Shown here piece after piece: positions 17,360 through 27,996 of a DNA stretch of 64,000 nt (the stretch's first letter is position 1; the number at the start of each line of letters is the position of its first letter). Made by a program: the position numbers and the translations under genes. This DNA comes from Candidatus Campbellbacteria bacterium GW2011_OD1_34_28 (GTDB lineage Bacteria; Patescibacteriota; Minisyncoccia; Phycocordibacterales; UBA12079). Below the pieces are notes generated by a model, which did no database searches, was not told where the DNA came from, and worked only from the letters and a program-made list of their open reading frames with translations. The stretch spans positions 123,187-187,186 of the forward strand of contig CP011215.1 in assembly GCA_001029775.1 (NCBI GenBank), written 5' to 3'.

Positions 17360-18163
17360 CTAATATTCAATACATGTTTCTTTTTTTTCTCCTTCACAAA
17401 ATGAACAATTTCTTTTGATTCTGACATAATTGTCCTCTAGATTGTAATTATAATAAGAAGTTCCTCTACATCCACCATCACTTATTTTTCCTTCCATTTT
17501 CATTAAACCCTCTGAAACTCCAACAACATTGCGAGGCGGGGTACTCCACAAATAAATTTCTTTTGCTTGTTCAGGGGCATTTTTAAGATAAGATTCGTTC
17601 GTAACTAAATACCACGGTGTATTTTTACCTCCATTTACATCTTCTCTTACAACAAATTCTAAAACATCATTATATACATCGTATCTTAACAATTTATGCT
17701 GATAACCCATATATACTCCACCAATAACAACAATTATATAATTATCAGATTCACATATAGTGCTGACATCCTCAACATCGACCTTACCAAACTCAACAAT
17801 AAGATCTTGGTAAGAATTATATCGAGATGAATTTTTTAAATACAAATCTTTTGCTTCTTCAACCTCCAAAACATTCAAGTCAGAAATCCTGTCAGAAAGA
17901 TTTTTATACCAAGAAAACTTTTTGTAGTTATCCAAACTTTGACACTTACTTAAACTAAAATTAGCCTCGGAGATATTTAAAAAAGGCTCTCTCGCTTCTT
18001 CAGCCTTAATTTCACCATTCAACACGCCTTCAACATTTGTGTTTTCTTCAATAATCTCCGCATTATCCAAATTTGAATAATAATAATAACCACCCCCAAC
18101 CAAAACAGCCAGTACACCAACAGCTATCAACACACTTATTAAACCAAAACCTTCTTTATTCAT
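17360..18163 (-). CDS. Hypothetical membrane-anchored protein.
   Basis: 267 aa with N-terminal TM GFGLISVLIAVGVLAVLVGGG, loosely prepilin-like but lacking the Glu at +5. Confidence 0.45.
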   Translation of the reverse strand: MNKEGFGLISVLIAVGVLAVLVGGGYYYYSNLDNAEIIEENTNVEGVLNGEIKAEEAREPFLNISEANFSLSKCQSLDNYKKFSWYKNLSDRISDLNVLEVEEAKDLYLKNSSRYNSYQDLIVEFGKVDVEDVSTICESDNYIIVVIGGVYMGYQHKLLRYDVYNDVLEFVVREDVNGGKNTPWYLVTNESYLKNAPEQAKEIYLWSTPPRNVVGVSEGLMKMEGKISDGGCRGTSYYNYNLEDNYVRIKRNCSFCEGEKKETCIEY

Positions 18164-18369
18164 ATACTTTAGTTAACAATATGTAATAAATATATAATAA
18201 CCAATATTACTGAATTAAACCACAAACTCTATCCCCTTTTTATATTCCTGTTTTGATATTAATGTAACTCACCCCTAATTGACCATTTACCTCTATCGTG
18301 TTAAATTAAAATTTAGAAATCTGTTCCTATTTTAAATAATCCTATTTTTTTAAAAAGGAGTGTGTTGCG

Positions 18370-18633
18370 ATGAACAATGTCCTCGTCTTTCCCGTAACAG
18401 TCGAAAAAAAAATAATTGAAGCAGAAACCATTTACAATTTTTTAAATGAGGAAAAGACCCTCGAAGTAAAAATAACTGGAATATTTTTCTTTGAATTTCA
18501 TGTGTTAGATGTCATAGAATTTCTTGCGACAAATTTAATAATTGATAAAGAAAAATGGATCGCCAAACCAAATATTCCATTTTTTTCAAACAAGACCCTG
18601 ACATCAACAATTATCCTTGAAAAGATTGCCTAA
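18370..18633 (+). CDS. Hypothetical small protein.
   Basis: 87-aa ORF; a terminator hairpin follows (aaaccccaaagaaaactctgcggggtttt). Confidence 0.35.
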   Translation: MNNVLVFPVTVEKKIIEAETIYNFLNEEKTLEVKITGIFFFEFHVLDVIEFLATNLIIDKEKWIAKPNIPFFSNKTLTSTIILEKIA

Positions 18634-18695
18634 ACCCCAAAGAAAACTCTGCGGGGTTTTCTTTTTTTTACTATCAGCTATTAGCTTGTGTATAT

Positions 18696-20018
18696 TTGCT
18701 TTTTGCTTATTTCAATGACACAATGATTTTGATGAAAAAACTACAAGATAATCCCAAATACGACCTAATCGTAATCGGTGGTGGTCCGAGCGGTATGATG
18801 ATGGCTGGTAGAGCTTGCGAATTGGGTGCAAGGGTTTTAATCTTGGAAAAAAATAAGCACCTCGGAAAAAAACTACAGATAACCGGCGGAGGTCGTTGCA
18901 ACATCACCAACGCCGAATTTGATGTGAGAAAATTTTTAAGCAACTTTCCTGAATCAAAAGAATTTCTTTTTTCTCCGTTTTCAAAATTCTCCGCAAAAGA
19001 CACTTTTACTTTTTTTGAAAAGAAAAAACTTCCCCTTGTTATAGAGGCAAGAAAAAGAGCATTCCCCCAATCACAAAAAGCAGATGACGTTTTTAAGGTG
19101 TTAGAAAAATATATAAAAAAAGGAGAAGGAGAAATAAAGACAGACGTCCAAGTAGTAAAAATGAGTAAAGAAGGAGATAAAATAATTTCCGTTGAAACAA
19201 AATCGGGAGAAAAATATTTTGCAAAGAATTTTGCAATCGCCACGGGCGGAGCTTCTGCTTCGTGGACAGGTTCAACAGGAGACGGATTTAGATGGTTAAA
19301 AAAACTGGGACACGCAATTAAAGAACCAAATGCAAACTTGGTTCCTCTTACGACAAACGACAAATGGATTCACCGAATTTCTGGACTAACCCTTTCTTTT
19401 ATGACAATTCGTTTTATCCAGAACAACAAAACAAAACTAAAAAAGACAGGAAAAATTCTTTTTACTCATTTTGGTATCTCGGGACCTTTGATTTTGAATT
19501 CGGCATACGAAGTAAAAAAACTTTTAGAAAAAGGCCCTGTGACTGCCTCTATAGATATGTTTCCTGACACAGAAGAAAACGATCTAGATAAAAGAGTATT
19601 GAAACTATTTGAAAAAAATAAAAACAAAGTTCTAAAAAATATTTTTCCAGAACTTGTTCAAAAAAATCTAGCGATTGAAATATTGAATTTACCAGACATC
19701 AACCTGTCAGAAAGAGAGGCAAACTCTATTACCAAACTTGAGAGAAAAAATCTGGTAAGGAAACTTAAAAATCTGAGCTTTGAAATCACTGGTACGCTGG
19801 GACTTGATAAAGCAATCATCAGCGATGGCGGGATTGTTTTGGAAGAAGTAAATTTTAAAAACATGAGTTCAAAAATTTATTCAAATCTATATTTACTAGG
19901 AGATGTCTTAAACATCAATCGTCCCTCAGGAGGATTTTCTCTTCAACTGTGCTGGACGACTGGGTGGACAGCAGGAACAGATGTTGGAGAAAAGGTGGCA
20001 CAAAAAAAGAAAAATTGA
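18696..20018 (+). CDS. NAD(P)/FAD-dependent oxidoreductase, HI0933/BaiN-like flavoprotein.
   Basis: N-terminal dinucleotide fold DLIVIGGGPSGMMMAG, then ITGGGRCN; length is typical. The start may be the internal Met at 18723. Confidence 0.7.
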   Translation: MLFAYFNDTMILMKKLQDNPKYDLIVIGGGPSGMMMAGRACELGARVLILEKNKHLGKKLQITGGGRCNITNAEFDVRKFLSNFPESKEFLFSPFSKFSAKDTFTFFEKKKLPLVIEARKRAFPQSQKADDVFKVLEKYIKKGEGEIKTDVQVVKMSKEGDKIISVETKSGEKYFAKNFAIATGGASASWTGSTGDGFRWLKKLGHAIKEPNANLVPLTTNDKWIHRISGLTLSFMTIRFIQNNKTKLKKTGKILFTHFGISGPLILNSAYEVKKLLEKGPVTASIDMFPDTEENDLDKRVLKLFEKNKNKVLKNIFPELVQKNLAIEILNLPDINLSEREANSITKLERKNLVRKLKNLSFEITGTLGLDKAIISDGGIVLEEVNFKNMSSKIYSNLYLLGDVLNINRPSGGFSLQLCWTTGWTAGTDVGEKVAQKKKN

Positions 20019-20066
20019 TATATTGTTTAATAGAAAATATCTTATCAATTTTGAAAGGAGGTTCTT

Positions 20067-20543
20067 GTGAAACCAAAAAGAGAGTTTGGACTTGTCCCTG
20101 TTTTGGTACAAATTGAAAGAACAGATTCTTTTATAAGAAATTACAAAGGTATGATTGTTCTTGGAGAAAAAATTATTTTCCATTTTGATGTATTAACAAC
20201 ACAAGACATCAGAGACTGCTCGGTAAAATTAAAAAATAATCTCAATATAGACAACAGACTCCTTTGTATGTCGATAGAAATTAAAAATTCTTCTGGAGAA
20301 AAGATTTTTCTCGACAAAATCAAGTATGATTTTTTTTACAACATTCTTGTTGATCACATTGGCCGACTTGAATATGATATTGAATCAGGTAATTTAAACA
20401 GACGACGCCCTTTAACAAGGCTGACAACCGACGGGTGGTTTAGCATCTATCCCTCCCGAGAGACAGACTGTTATACTTTGGCCATCTCTTCTAGAAAAAT
20501 TCCCCAGGATATTAAAGAGTGCGAGACACTTTTACTTACCTAA
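20067..20543 (+). CDS. Hypothetical protein with a GTG start.
   Basis: GGAGG lies 6 nt upstream of the GTG; no recognisable motif. Confidence 0.4.
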   Translation: MKPKREFGLVPVLVQIERTDSFIRNYKGMIVLGEKIIFHFDVLTTQDIRDCSVKLKNNLNIDNRLLCMSIEIKNSSGEKIFLDKIKYDFFYNILVDHIGRLEYDIESGNLNRRRPLTRLTTDGWFSIYPSRETDCYTLAISSRKIPQDIKECETLLLT

Positions 20544-22026
20544 CCCCTTCGGGGGTTTTTATTTTGGAAAAAAACAGAAAAACAAATAAATACGCAACCA
20601 CCATAAACCAAACAGAGAATGTTGGTATGTGAATTGAGGCAAAAGGCAAAGAAGAGAAAAAATCTACAATTTTTAATTCATAAGACAATAAAACATAAGC
20701 AATATAAGAAAAAGGCGCAGCGAGAACAGAAGAAAATAATCCCACTACAATACTCAAAAAACCAAATAACATTGTAAAAGGAATAAAAGTTAAAACAAGC
20801 AAATTGACAGGAACAGACACAACAGAAAAATCTCCCATCATATACAAAAGAAGCGGTAAAACAAAAATCTGAGTAGAAATGACGGAAACAAGGGATTCCT
20901 TTATTTTAAATTTTTCAGGAACAAGACTAAAATAATTTTCTATTTTAGGTGACAAAAAAATCAAACCAAATGTCGCCATAAAAGACAGCTGAAACGAAGC
21001 ATCAAAAACAAGTATTGTCGGGTTATGCAAAACCATCAAAAAACCCGCCAAGAAAAGTGTTCTTGTTATTTCATTTACCCTACCAGTTGCTCTCGCCAAC
21101 AAAACCAACAAAGCCATAACAGACGCTCTGACTATTGTGGCGGACGCTCCTGTCATTATTGCAAAAAATATAATACTTATGGCTCCGACAAAAACAGAAA
21201 GTAGCCCAGGCAAAAAAGAAAATAATCCCATTATGAAATCGGCGATAATAGTAATATTGTAGCCAGATAAAACCACGATATGTATCAAACCAACTTTACG
21301 GAAATCATCTTGCAGATCTTTTCCCAAAGATTCTTTCGCTCCAATAATCAGACCACTCAACAAAGATGAGTGCGGTTCGGGAAATATCTCTCTTGATTGT
21401 TCTATAAAAATATTTTTAACTCGAAACAATTTTTCTTTTATAAAGTTTCCATTACCCGAAGAAACAAATTTTGTTTTTGGATAAAAAATTTGATAATTTA
21501 TATTGTCTTTCGCCAGATAAGAAACATAATCAAATTGACGCTCTCCATCAGCATTAAAATTTTTTGGTTTATTTAAAATTCCACCAACTTGAATCAAGTC
21601 GCCATAATTGTATTGCGGGTACTGATCAACAATCGCAAGAATATTACTTTTTGTTTCTATTTCCTCTCCATTTAATTTATGTATTTTCAACTTTAATTGT
21701 GTATTGCTTTCTCTTGTGTCTGGTTCATCTATGACAAATGCATCAATAGAAACACTTTGATTTAAAAAATTGTTTAAGAAAGGTTCTGTTTTTTTAAAAT
21801 CTGTCAGATCAAACCTCCAGACGCCTATTCCTGCTGACAAAAATAAAAGACTTACAAAAATTATTTTTTCTTTTTCTTTCGGATTGCCCAAAAGAAAAAA
21901 CATAAAAATCGCCCAACTTATCAAAATCAAAAATAAATAAAATGTTTGCCCCAAATTAAAAAAGGAACAAAATGCTACACCAGAGATGAAACCAACTAAC
22001 ACTGAATATAAATAATTATCATTCAT
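20536..22026 (-). CDS. comEC: ComEC/Rec2 family DNA internalisation competence protein, channel domain only.
   Basis: Polytopic membrane protein containing VVLSGYNITIIADFIMGLF and other ComEC core signatures; 496 aa with no beta-lactamase-like domain. Confidence 0.8.
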   Translation of the reverse strand: MNDNYLYSVLVGFISGVAFCSFFNLGQTFYLFLILISWAIFMFFLLGNPKEKEKIIFVSLLFLSAGIGVWRFDLTDFKKTEPFLNNFLNQSVSIDAFVIDEPDTRESNTQLKLKIHKLNGEEIETKSNILAIVDQYPQYNYGDLIQVGGILNKPKNFNADGERQFDYVSYLAKDNINYQIFYPKTKFVSSGNGNFIKEKLFRVKNIFIEQSREIFPEPHSSLLSGLIIGAKESLGKDLQDDFRKVGLIHIVVLSGYNITIIADFIMGLFSFLPGLLSVFVGAISIIFFAIMTGASATIVRASVMALLVLLARATGRVNEITRTLFLAGFLMVLHNPTILVFDASFQLSFMATFGLIFLSPKIENYFSLVPEKFKIKESLVSVISTQIFVLPLLLYMMGDFSVVSVPVNLLVLTFIPFTMLFGFLSIVVGLFSSVLAAPFSYIAYVLLSYELKIVDFFSSLPFASIHIPTFSVWFMVVAYLFVFLFFSKIKTPEGVR

Positions 22027-22062
22027 AAATCAGAATTAAATCTTAAGAATTAGGAAGGAGTA

Positions 22063-22434
22063 TTAGGTAATATTACGAGACGATCTAACTATCCCAGACA
22101 ACAATCTAGTCACATCCATTATGTCTTTTTCTAATCTATAAAAATCTTCTTTGTTTATATAATCTAGGTCTCTAGATAAAATAAGTTGAGTTTTTAATTC
22201 TAAAACCGACCCTTTTGATATAGCATAAAAATGAGCCTTATCTTTTGCTGTGCTTCTACCAAAACCTTCTGCTATATTTGAGACTATGGAGACAGAGCAT
22301 CTTCTCATCTGGTTTGTTAGACAAAATTTTTCGTCATCAGGAAATTTTTTAGTCAATTTATAAATATTTAAAGTAATTTCGTGAGCTTTTTTCCAAACTA
22401 TTAAATCTGTAAAATCTTTAATTTTATTTGTCAT
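22063..22434 (-). CDS. Four-helix-bundle protein (the 23S rRNA intervening-sequence protein family).
   Basis: 123 aa with a helical pattern typical of that family (WKKAHEITLNIYKLTKKFP..EKF.LTNQMRRCSVSIVSNIAEGFGR). Confidence 0.6.
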   Translation of the reverse strand: MTNKIKDFTDLIVWKKAHEITLNIYKLTKKFPDDEKFCLTNQMRRCSVSIVSNIAEGFGRSTAKDKAHFYAISKGSVLELKTQLILSRDLDYINKEDFYRLEKDIMDVTRLLSGIVRSSRNIT

Positions 22435-22478
22435 TTATTTAAAATAATAAATCCTAATTCTAATACTATTCCTAAATT

Positions 22479-22895
22479 CTAATTTTTTTCGTCCATTGCC
22501 TCATTTGCCAATTTGTCGGCTTCGCCATTTTTTGCACGAGGAATGTGAACAAATTTAATATTTGAAAAATCTACTTTCAAATTGTTTACCCTTACGAATT
22601 GCTCAAAAAGAGCCGGTTGCTTTACACGATACTCGCCTTTCATTTGTTTCACTATCAATTCACTATCCATCCTAACTTCAATTTCGGTACTTTTAGAATT
22701 TTTACCCAATATTTTTTTTACACCCTCCAACCCTAAAATAAGTGCTTCATACTCCGCCCAATTATTTGTTTGGATCCCTAAAAATTTTTTAATTTTTTTA
22801 ATTTCGTTTCCTTCTGCATCGGTAATATAAACACCCGCCCCAGCAATGCCTGGATTATTTCGAGAGCCTCCGTCTGTATAAATAATTATTTTCAT
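22479..22895 (-). CDS. rnhA: Ribonuclease HI.
   Basis: TDGGSRNNPG, AEYEALILGL and DSELIVKQM...HIPRAKNGEADKLAN RNase H motifs. Confidence 0.85.
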   Translation of the reverse strand: MKIIIYTDGGSRNNPGIAGAGVYITDAEGNEIKKIKKFLGIQTNNWAEYEALILGLEGVKKILGKNSKSTEIEVRMDSELIVKQMKGEYRVKQPALFEQFVRVNNLKVDFSNIKFVHIPRAKNGEADKLANEAMDEKN

Positions 22896-22973
22896 AAAAA
22901 AATTATATCATACTATTAATTACAAAAATCCTCTGTGCTATCAAAAACACAGAGGATTTAAAGTCTCTAAAAA

Positions 22974-23336
22974 TTATTTTCCAATATAAACGAATCTTCT
23001 TACACCGCTTTTATGAAGTCCGATAAAATCATCCTCCAATCTACCCCAAAGAGTACCTTTTGGATAATCTCTAGAATCATACAAAGACCTATAAACAACG
23101 ATCCACTCTTGGGTTTTTTCTCTAAAACCCAAACCAACTGTTTCGTACTCACCCCCCTTAAAATGTCGATAGTGTCCGTCCAATAAAATATCTTTTTTTA
23201 CTTGTTGATGAAGTAATATTATTGCCCCAAAAATATCTTCAGGGTTTTCGGTATTGTGAATATTGTCAACAAGAAGATGACTTAAAGCTATAAAAATATT
23301 AGATATTGGTTTTCCTACTATTTCTAATTTTTGCAC
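22974..23336 (-). CDS. DUF1653 domain protein.
   Basis: HYRHFKGGEYETVGLGF...VVYRSLY is the DUF1653 signature. Confidence 0.6.
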   Translation of the reverse strand: MQKLEIVGKPISNIFIALSHLLVDNIHNTENPEDIFGAIILLHQQVKKDILLDGHYRHFKGGEYETVGLGFREKTQEWIVVYRSLYDSRDYPKGTLWGRLEDDFIGLHKSGVRRFVYIGK

Positions 23337-23466
23337 AATAATCTCCTTTAATTCTTGTTAAGGTTTATTTTTCTAAATTAAGTTAATCAAAAAAATAAGT
23401 GGTTTGCAAGGTTTTTGCTTATAATAATATTGCCCGACACTGTGCTGGCACAGTGTCGGGCAAATT

Positions 23467-23736
23467 TTAATCTTCAATTTGAGAGAGAATCTCCAAAAGT
23501 TTCTCTCGTGCTTCCAAGCTAAGAGGAATCTCCAGATGAGCGATTTTTGCAAAAGCCAGCAATTCCATATTGGAGGCGTTGGATATACTTACAGTTCTTG
23601 CGTTACCATTCCTTGAAAAAACCAGTTCACTCAAACCAAGTTCATCCCTAAAAAAATCACACAGGGGGCTAAATTTTTGCACCGTCAAAAATACTTTGTG
23701 GATAAACCTTGCGTCAGTTGGTTTTGCATAATTCAT
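23467..23736 (-). CDS. Hypothetical small protein.
   Basis: 89-aa ORF with a terminator hairpin downstream (cccgacactgtgccagcacagtgtcggg). Confidence 0.4.
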   Translation of the reverse strand: MNYAKPTDARFIHKVFLTVQKFSPLCDFFRDELGLSELVFSRNGNARTVSISNASNMELLAFAKIAHLEIPLSLEAREKLLEILSQIED

Positions 23737-23791
23737 ATATACCTCTCAAATATTAAAGGATTCTTTTCTATTTCCAATTAGAGCAAAATGG

Positions 23792-25498
23792 TTAAACAAA
23801 GTCAACAATTCTCAATCTTAATTCATTTACATTCCTAAAAGTGCTTTTCTCCAAATTAACAACCAAACTGATTTTGTTTCCCCTTTTGAAATCTATTTTA
23901 CCCTCGCCATTTTCATCAGCAAAAAATTGTATTGCAGAAATATTTTGCCCCCGACTATTTTTAAAATCCAACCCTAAATGATTTTTTTGTTTTCCAAAAA
24001 TTTTTACATTAAAGATTTCAATATTTTCAATCAAAAATGTTGGTTTTGGATTGTCTACACCAAAAGGAGCCAGCTGTTCAATTATTTTATAAGTATCCCA
24101 ATTTACATCGTCCAGTGATATTTTTTTATCAATAAAAAATTCTATCTTCTCTGTTGTTTTTGAAACATTTTTATGAGCTTCGTTTAATTTTTCTTCTAAC
24201 AAATGAATATTATCATTTAAAACAGAAAACCCTCCTGCCATTTTGTGGCCCCCCACATTAACAAAAATATTATTCTCCACAAGATTCATCAATTCAACCA
24301 CATCAACAGTTCCACAAGAACGACACGAGCCTTTTATTTCACCGTCGCCACCTCTACCCCAAACAAAACAAGTTCTTCGATGTTTTTCTACCAAAGAGCT
24401 GGCAACCAAACCAGAAACCCCCGGATTCCATTTTGGACTACCGATGACAATAACATCTTTGATATCTCTTTCTTTCAATTTTTTATTTGCCTCTCTAACC
24501 ATAGACGCTACTAGTGTCTTTCTCTCCTTGTTTATTTCATCCAAATGTTTTGCCAAACTGCCGGCAGTGATTTCATTATCGGCTGACAAAAGTTCAAATG
24601 CTTTTATTGGATCTCCCATTCTGGACGCTGCATTAATTCTCGGAGTAACCATAAAAACCAAATCATCTTCATTCAGATTTTTTTGGTCAACTTTTGTTTC
24701 TCGGAGCAGATGAATCAATCCGTGGCGAGGAGACTTTCTCAAAACTTGCATACCAAAATAAGAATAAACTCTGTTTTCTCCTTTTAGAGAAACCATGTCA
24801 GAAATTGTTGCAAGACCAACCATATCAACGAGCCACTTTTCCCAACCCTCTTTGATTTCAAATTCTCCTTTTTTTATCAGTGCTTGAACAAGTTTAAAAA
24901 CCACCCCGCTACCAGCCAAATTTTTATCGGGATAATCACAATCAATTTGCTTTGGATTTAAAATGGCATGTGCTTCTGGCAATTTTTCACCAACAATATG
25001 ATGATCGGTAATGATCACATCTATTCCAAAATCTTTGGCTTTTTTTGTTTCTTCAATGTCTTTGATTCCACAATCAATAGTAATAATCAAATCAAATTTT
25101 TGCGAAGCAAATTTTTCCACAGCTTCCAGATTTAAGCTGTATCCTTCATCGTGTCTGTGCGGAATATAATTTTTAAAATTTTGAAAACCAATCTTTTTAA
25201 AAAAATCAAATAGCACGACAGCCCCAGGAATACCGTCTGCATCATAATCACTGTAAATTAAAATTTTTTGATTTTTTTCTATTGCATTCAAAATTCTATC
25301 TACTGCCTTGCCCATATCTTTCATTAAAAAGGGATCGTGAATATCACGATAATAATCTGGCTTTAAAAATTTTTCCGCAACTTCCCTAGCTTCTATTCCT
25401 CTATAAAAAAGAAGAAGCCCCAATAGCTCTGGATATACGGCAAATTCCTTTTTAACCTTTTCTGGTAACTCAATGTTTCTAATGGAGTATTCTTTCAT
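23792..25498 (-). CDS. recJ: Single-stranded-DNA-specific exonuclease RecJ.
   Basis: DHH motifs (YSDYDADGIPG, ITDHH), a DHHA1 region (GGHKMAGG), and an OB-like C-terminus. Confidence 0.85.
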   Translation of the reverse strand: MKEYSIRNIELPEKVKKEFAVYPELLGLLLFYRGIEAREVAEKFLKPDYYRDIHDPFLMKDMGKAVDRILNAIEKNQKILIYSDYDADGIPGAVVLFDFFKKIGFQNFKNYIPHRHDEGYSLNLEAVEKFASQKFDLIITIDCGIKDIEETKKAKDFGIDVIITDHHIVGEKLPEAHAILNPKQIDCDYPDKNLAGSGVVFKLVQALIKKGEFEIKEGWEKWLVDMVGLATISDMVSLKGENRVYSYFGMQVLRKSPRHGLIHLLRETKVDQKNLNEDDLVFMVTPRINAASRMGDPIKAFELLSADNEITAGSLAKHLDEINKERKTLVASMVREANKKLKERDIKDVIVIGSPKWNPGVSGLVASSLVEKHRRTCFVWGRGGDGEIKGSCRSCGTVDVVELMNLVENNIFVNVGGHKMAGGFSVLNDNIHLLEEKLNEAHKNVSKTTEKIEFFIDKKISLDDVNWDTYKIIEQLAPFGVDNPKPTFLIENIEIFNVKIFGKQKNHLGLDFKNSRGQNISAIQFFADENGEGKIDFKRGNKISLVVNLEKSTFRNVNELRLRIVDFV

Positions 25499-25553
25499 TT
25501 GAGTATTTTAACATAAACAAGTTTACAGTAGACAGTTTACAGTAGACAGAAAA

Positions 25554-25994
25554 ATGAGTACGAATTTTATGGTAAAATATAAAGATATGGAAAACTGTTT
25601 GTTCTGCAAAATAATAAATGGAGAAATCCCATCACTAAAAATTTGTGAAAATGATAGAGCGGTTGCCTTCATGGATATTTCATATGTAAACAAAGGTCAC
25701 AGTTTGGTAATACCCAAAAAACATTCAGAGAATATTTTTGACATAGAACAAGAAGACCTTAACACAACAATGGAAATCGTCAGAAAAATATCAAAGATTG
25801 TTAAAAAAGCGACAAAAGCAGATGGAGTAAACATACATATAAATAACGGAGCTGCGGCGGGCCAAGTTATTCATCACACCCATATCCATATAATTCCTCG
25901 TTTCAAAGAAGATGGTTTAAAAATGTGGAAATCTAATGAATACAAAGAGGGAGAGCGAGAAAAAATTTTTAAAAAAATTAGAGAACAAATTTAA
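25554..25994 (+). CDS. HIT family protein.
   Basis: HHTHIHIIPR histidine triad; the likely start is the internal MENCLFCKII. Confidence 0.75.
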   Translation: MSTNFMVKYKDMENCLFCKIINGEIPSLKICENDRAVAFMDISYVNKGHSLVIPKKHSENIFDIEQEDLNTTMEIVRKISKIVKKATKADGVNIHINNGAAAGQVIHHTHIHIIPRFKEDGLKMWKSNEYKEGEREKIFKKIREQI

Positions 25995-26030
25995 AAAAAT
26001 CCACATTGAGTGGATTTTTTTAAATTTGTT

Positions 26031-27149
26031 CTATTTCAGTGCTTCTATACCCGGAAGTGTTTCATTCAACAAAAAAGCCAACATTGCACCCCCTCCAGTA
26101 GAAACAAAGGTAAATTTATTTTCTATTCCCAATTCTGAGATAACAGCAGTCGTATCCCCTCCACCCACAATAGATTTTGCGTCTGAATTTGCAATCGCTC
26201 TTATCAAATCGGCAGTTGGTTTTCCAAAACCTTTTTCATAATCACCGAGCGGTCCATTTAACAAAACAAATTTTGCATCGTTCACATACTTTATCAAGTG
26301 TGAAACCGTTTCATCTCCAGCATCCAATATTTTTTCATCATTTAAAACTTCGTTTGGTTTTTTCATCTTTATACATCCCCCGTCATTTCTTACCACAACA
26401 TCTGTTGGCAAAATTATTTTTTTATTATTAACCAAACTACTCAAATTTATCTTTTCTTCCGATATGAAGGATTTCCCAACATTCATTCCTTTTTCTTTGA
26501 AGAAATCATTTGCCAAAGCACCTCCAACAAAAACATTGTCGGCAATCTTTAACATCTTTTCTATCAAAGACAACTTTGTTTTTAATTTGTTACCGCCAAT
26601 AATAAACAAGAATGGATTTTCTGGCTGAAAACTTTCTGATAACATTTTTATTTCTTCTTGAAACAAAATGCCTGAATAACTTGGTAAAAACTTTGGGACA
26701 CCAACAATGGAGGCATGTTCTCTGTGAGAATTTGCGAAAGCTTCGTTTACATAAATATCTCCCAATCGAGCAATCTGTTTTGAAAAACTCTCATCGTTAT
26801 TTTTTTCTTGGGGGTGCTGTCGTAGATTTTCCACCAAAACAACATCTCCTTCTTTCATATTGTTTACAAAAGAATCTGCATCATTACTCAAAACATCTTT
26901 TATAAATCCAATCTCCATTGTTTTTTGGAAATAATTTAAAACAGGTAAAAGTGTTTCTGTTGTTTCTCTTCCAATGTGACTAATGATAATTATTTTTGCC
27001 CCTTCTTCTTTCAAGAAATTAATCGTCGGCAAAATTTTCTTTATACGAAAATCGTTAAAAACAACCCCGCCTTTAATCGGGATATTTAGATCAAGCCTCA
27101 ACAAAACTCTCTTTCCCCTCAAATCTTTTACTTCTCTAATATTTTTCAT
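26031..27149 (-). CDS. pgk: Phosphoglycerate kinase.
   Basis: N-terminal RVLLRLDLNIP, a substrate-binding region, and a C-terminal GGGDT..A...G nucleotide-binding region; 372 aa. Confidence 0.85.
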   Translation of the reverse strand: MKNIREVKDLRGKRVLLRLDLNIPIKGGVVFNDFRIKKILPTINFLKEEGAKIIIISHIGRETTETLLPVLNYFQKTMEIGFIKDVLSNDADSFVNNMKEGDVVLVENLRQHPQEKNNDESFSKQIARLGDIYVNEAFANSHREHASIVGVPKFLPSYSGILFQEEIKMLSESFQPENPFLFIIGGNKLKTKLSLIEKMLKIADNVFVGGALANDFFKEKGMNVGKSFISEEKINLSSLVNNKKIILPTDVVVRNDGGCIKMKKPNEVLNDEKILDAGDETVSHLIKYVNDAKFVLLNGPLGDYEKGFGKPTADLIRAIANSDAKSIVGGGDTTAVISELGIENKFTFVSTGGGAMLAFLLNETLPGIEALK

Positions 27150-27332
27150 CCCGTTAGAGATAGGAAGTCATCTTTAACAAAAAGTGACTTCTCTATTTTT
27201 TAAATAATTACTAATAAATTCGTATTGTTATATATCTCCGTGACTTCCGTATATTTCTTATAAATTTGTCTAAACAATTTACTGTTCCAATATATCACAT
27301 ACCCGAAAGAATCAATTTAACATCTCTAACGG
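27150..27332. mobile_element. MITE-like element with CCCGTTAGAGATAGG terminal inverted repeats, copy 2.
   Basis: cccgttagagataggaagtcatc ... catctctaacggg. It abuts the pgk start codon exactly as copy 1 abuts its gene (ttttcat-cccgttagagatagg is identical in both). Confidence 0.6.
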
Positions 27333-27453
27333 GATTCATTGGATTAATTATAACCTCTTATGCAAAAGAGCTAAACTGTTGACAAATATATCAAAAAGTA
27401 TATAAATAATTTAGAATTTTTTGTTTTCAACTATTTCATTATAAGGAGACAGT

Positions 27454-27840
27454 ATGATCAGGCACCCAGAGGATAGACTATTACTAATCCAATTTCTTTG
27501 TGTTATTGGACTTGTATCAGGATTGATAGCATTTGTATTATTTCTTACTCCGAATAATATCCCTAATCAAAAAAGTGAAGAAGAAAAACTGAGTATTCTT
27601 CGTCAAGTTGATGAGGATCCGTATTATCCAAAAGAAAAATATATCGTCTTGGAAATTGTAAAAAAAGAATTTATCTCAAAGGTAATAGCGAGAAGGGTAA
27701 GCGATGGATTTATGATATCGCCACTCTCTTTCATAGAAGATTTAAAAGCTGGCGACAAAGTATATGTCGGAGCAATTCAAACTAAAACCAGTGAGGTCGG
27801 CAACACGCAGGTCGTGAGTGTCGTCATCAAAAAATTATAG
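27454..27840 (+). CDS. Hypothetical membrane-anchored protein.
   Basis: 128 aa with an N-terminal TM; a terminator hairpin follows at 27858-27882 (agaccgcacatcagtgcggtct). Confidence 0.45.
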   Translation: MIRHPEDRLLLIQFLCVIGLVSGLIAFVLFLTPNNIPNQKSEEEKLSILRQVDEDPYYPKEKYIVLEIVKKEFISKVIARRVSDGFMISPLSFIEDLKAGDKVYVGAIQTKTSEVGNTQVVSVVIKKL

Positions 27841-27892
27841 GGCTTTTCAATTTCAAAAGACCGCACATCAGTGCGGTCTTTATATTTTTTAT

Positions 27893-27988
27893 CCCGTTAG
27901 AAATTTTAATATTAATAATTAAATAACTTCTTCAAAACAAATATTTGATATTAGATAAAATCCCGAGTAATTAAAAATTTCTAACGGG
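27893..27988. mobile_element. MITE-like element with CCCGTTAGA terminal inverted repeats, copy 3.
   Basis: Perfect 15-bp TIR (cccgttagaaatttt / aaaatttctaacggg) flanking a 66-bp AT-rich core. Confidence 0.6.
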
Positions 27989-27996
27989 ACAAGTTA

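Noticed and set aside
18707-19864. Minus-strand ORFs antisense to the FAD oxidoreductase (18707-19363, 19093-19275, 19658-19864)
   Set aside because: Low-complexity translations, no RBS, and full overlap with a motif-supported gene.
24243-24713. Plus-strand ORFs inside recJ
   Set aside because: Antisense shadow ORFs; the recJ DHH/DHHA1 motifs fix the coding strand.
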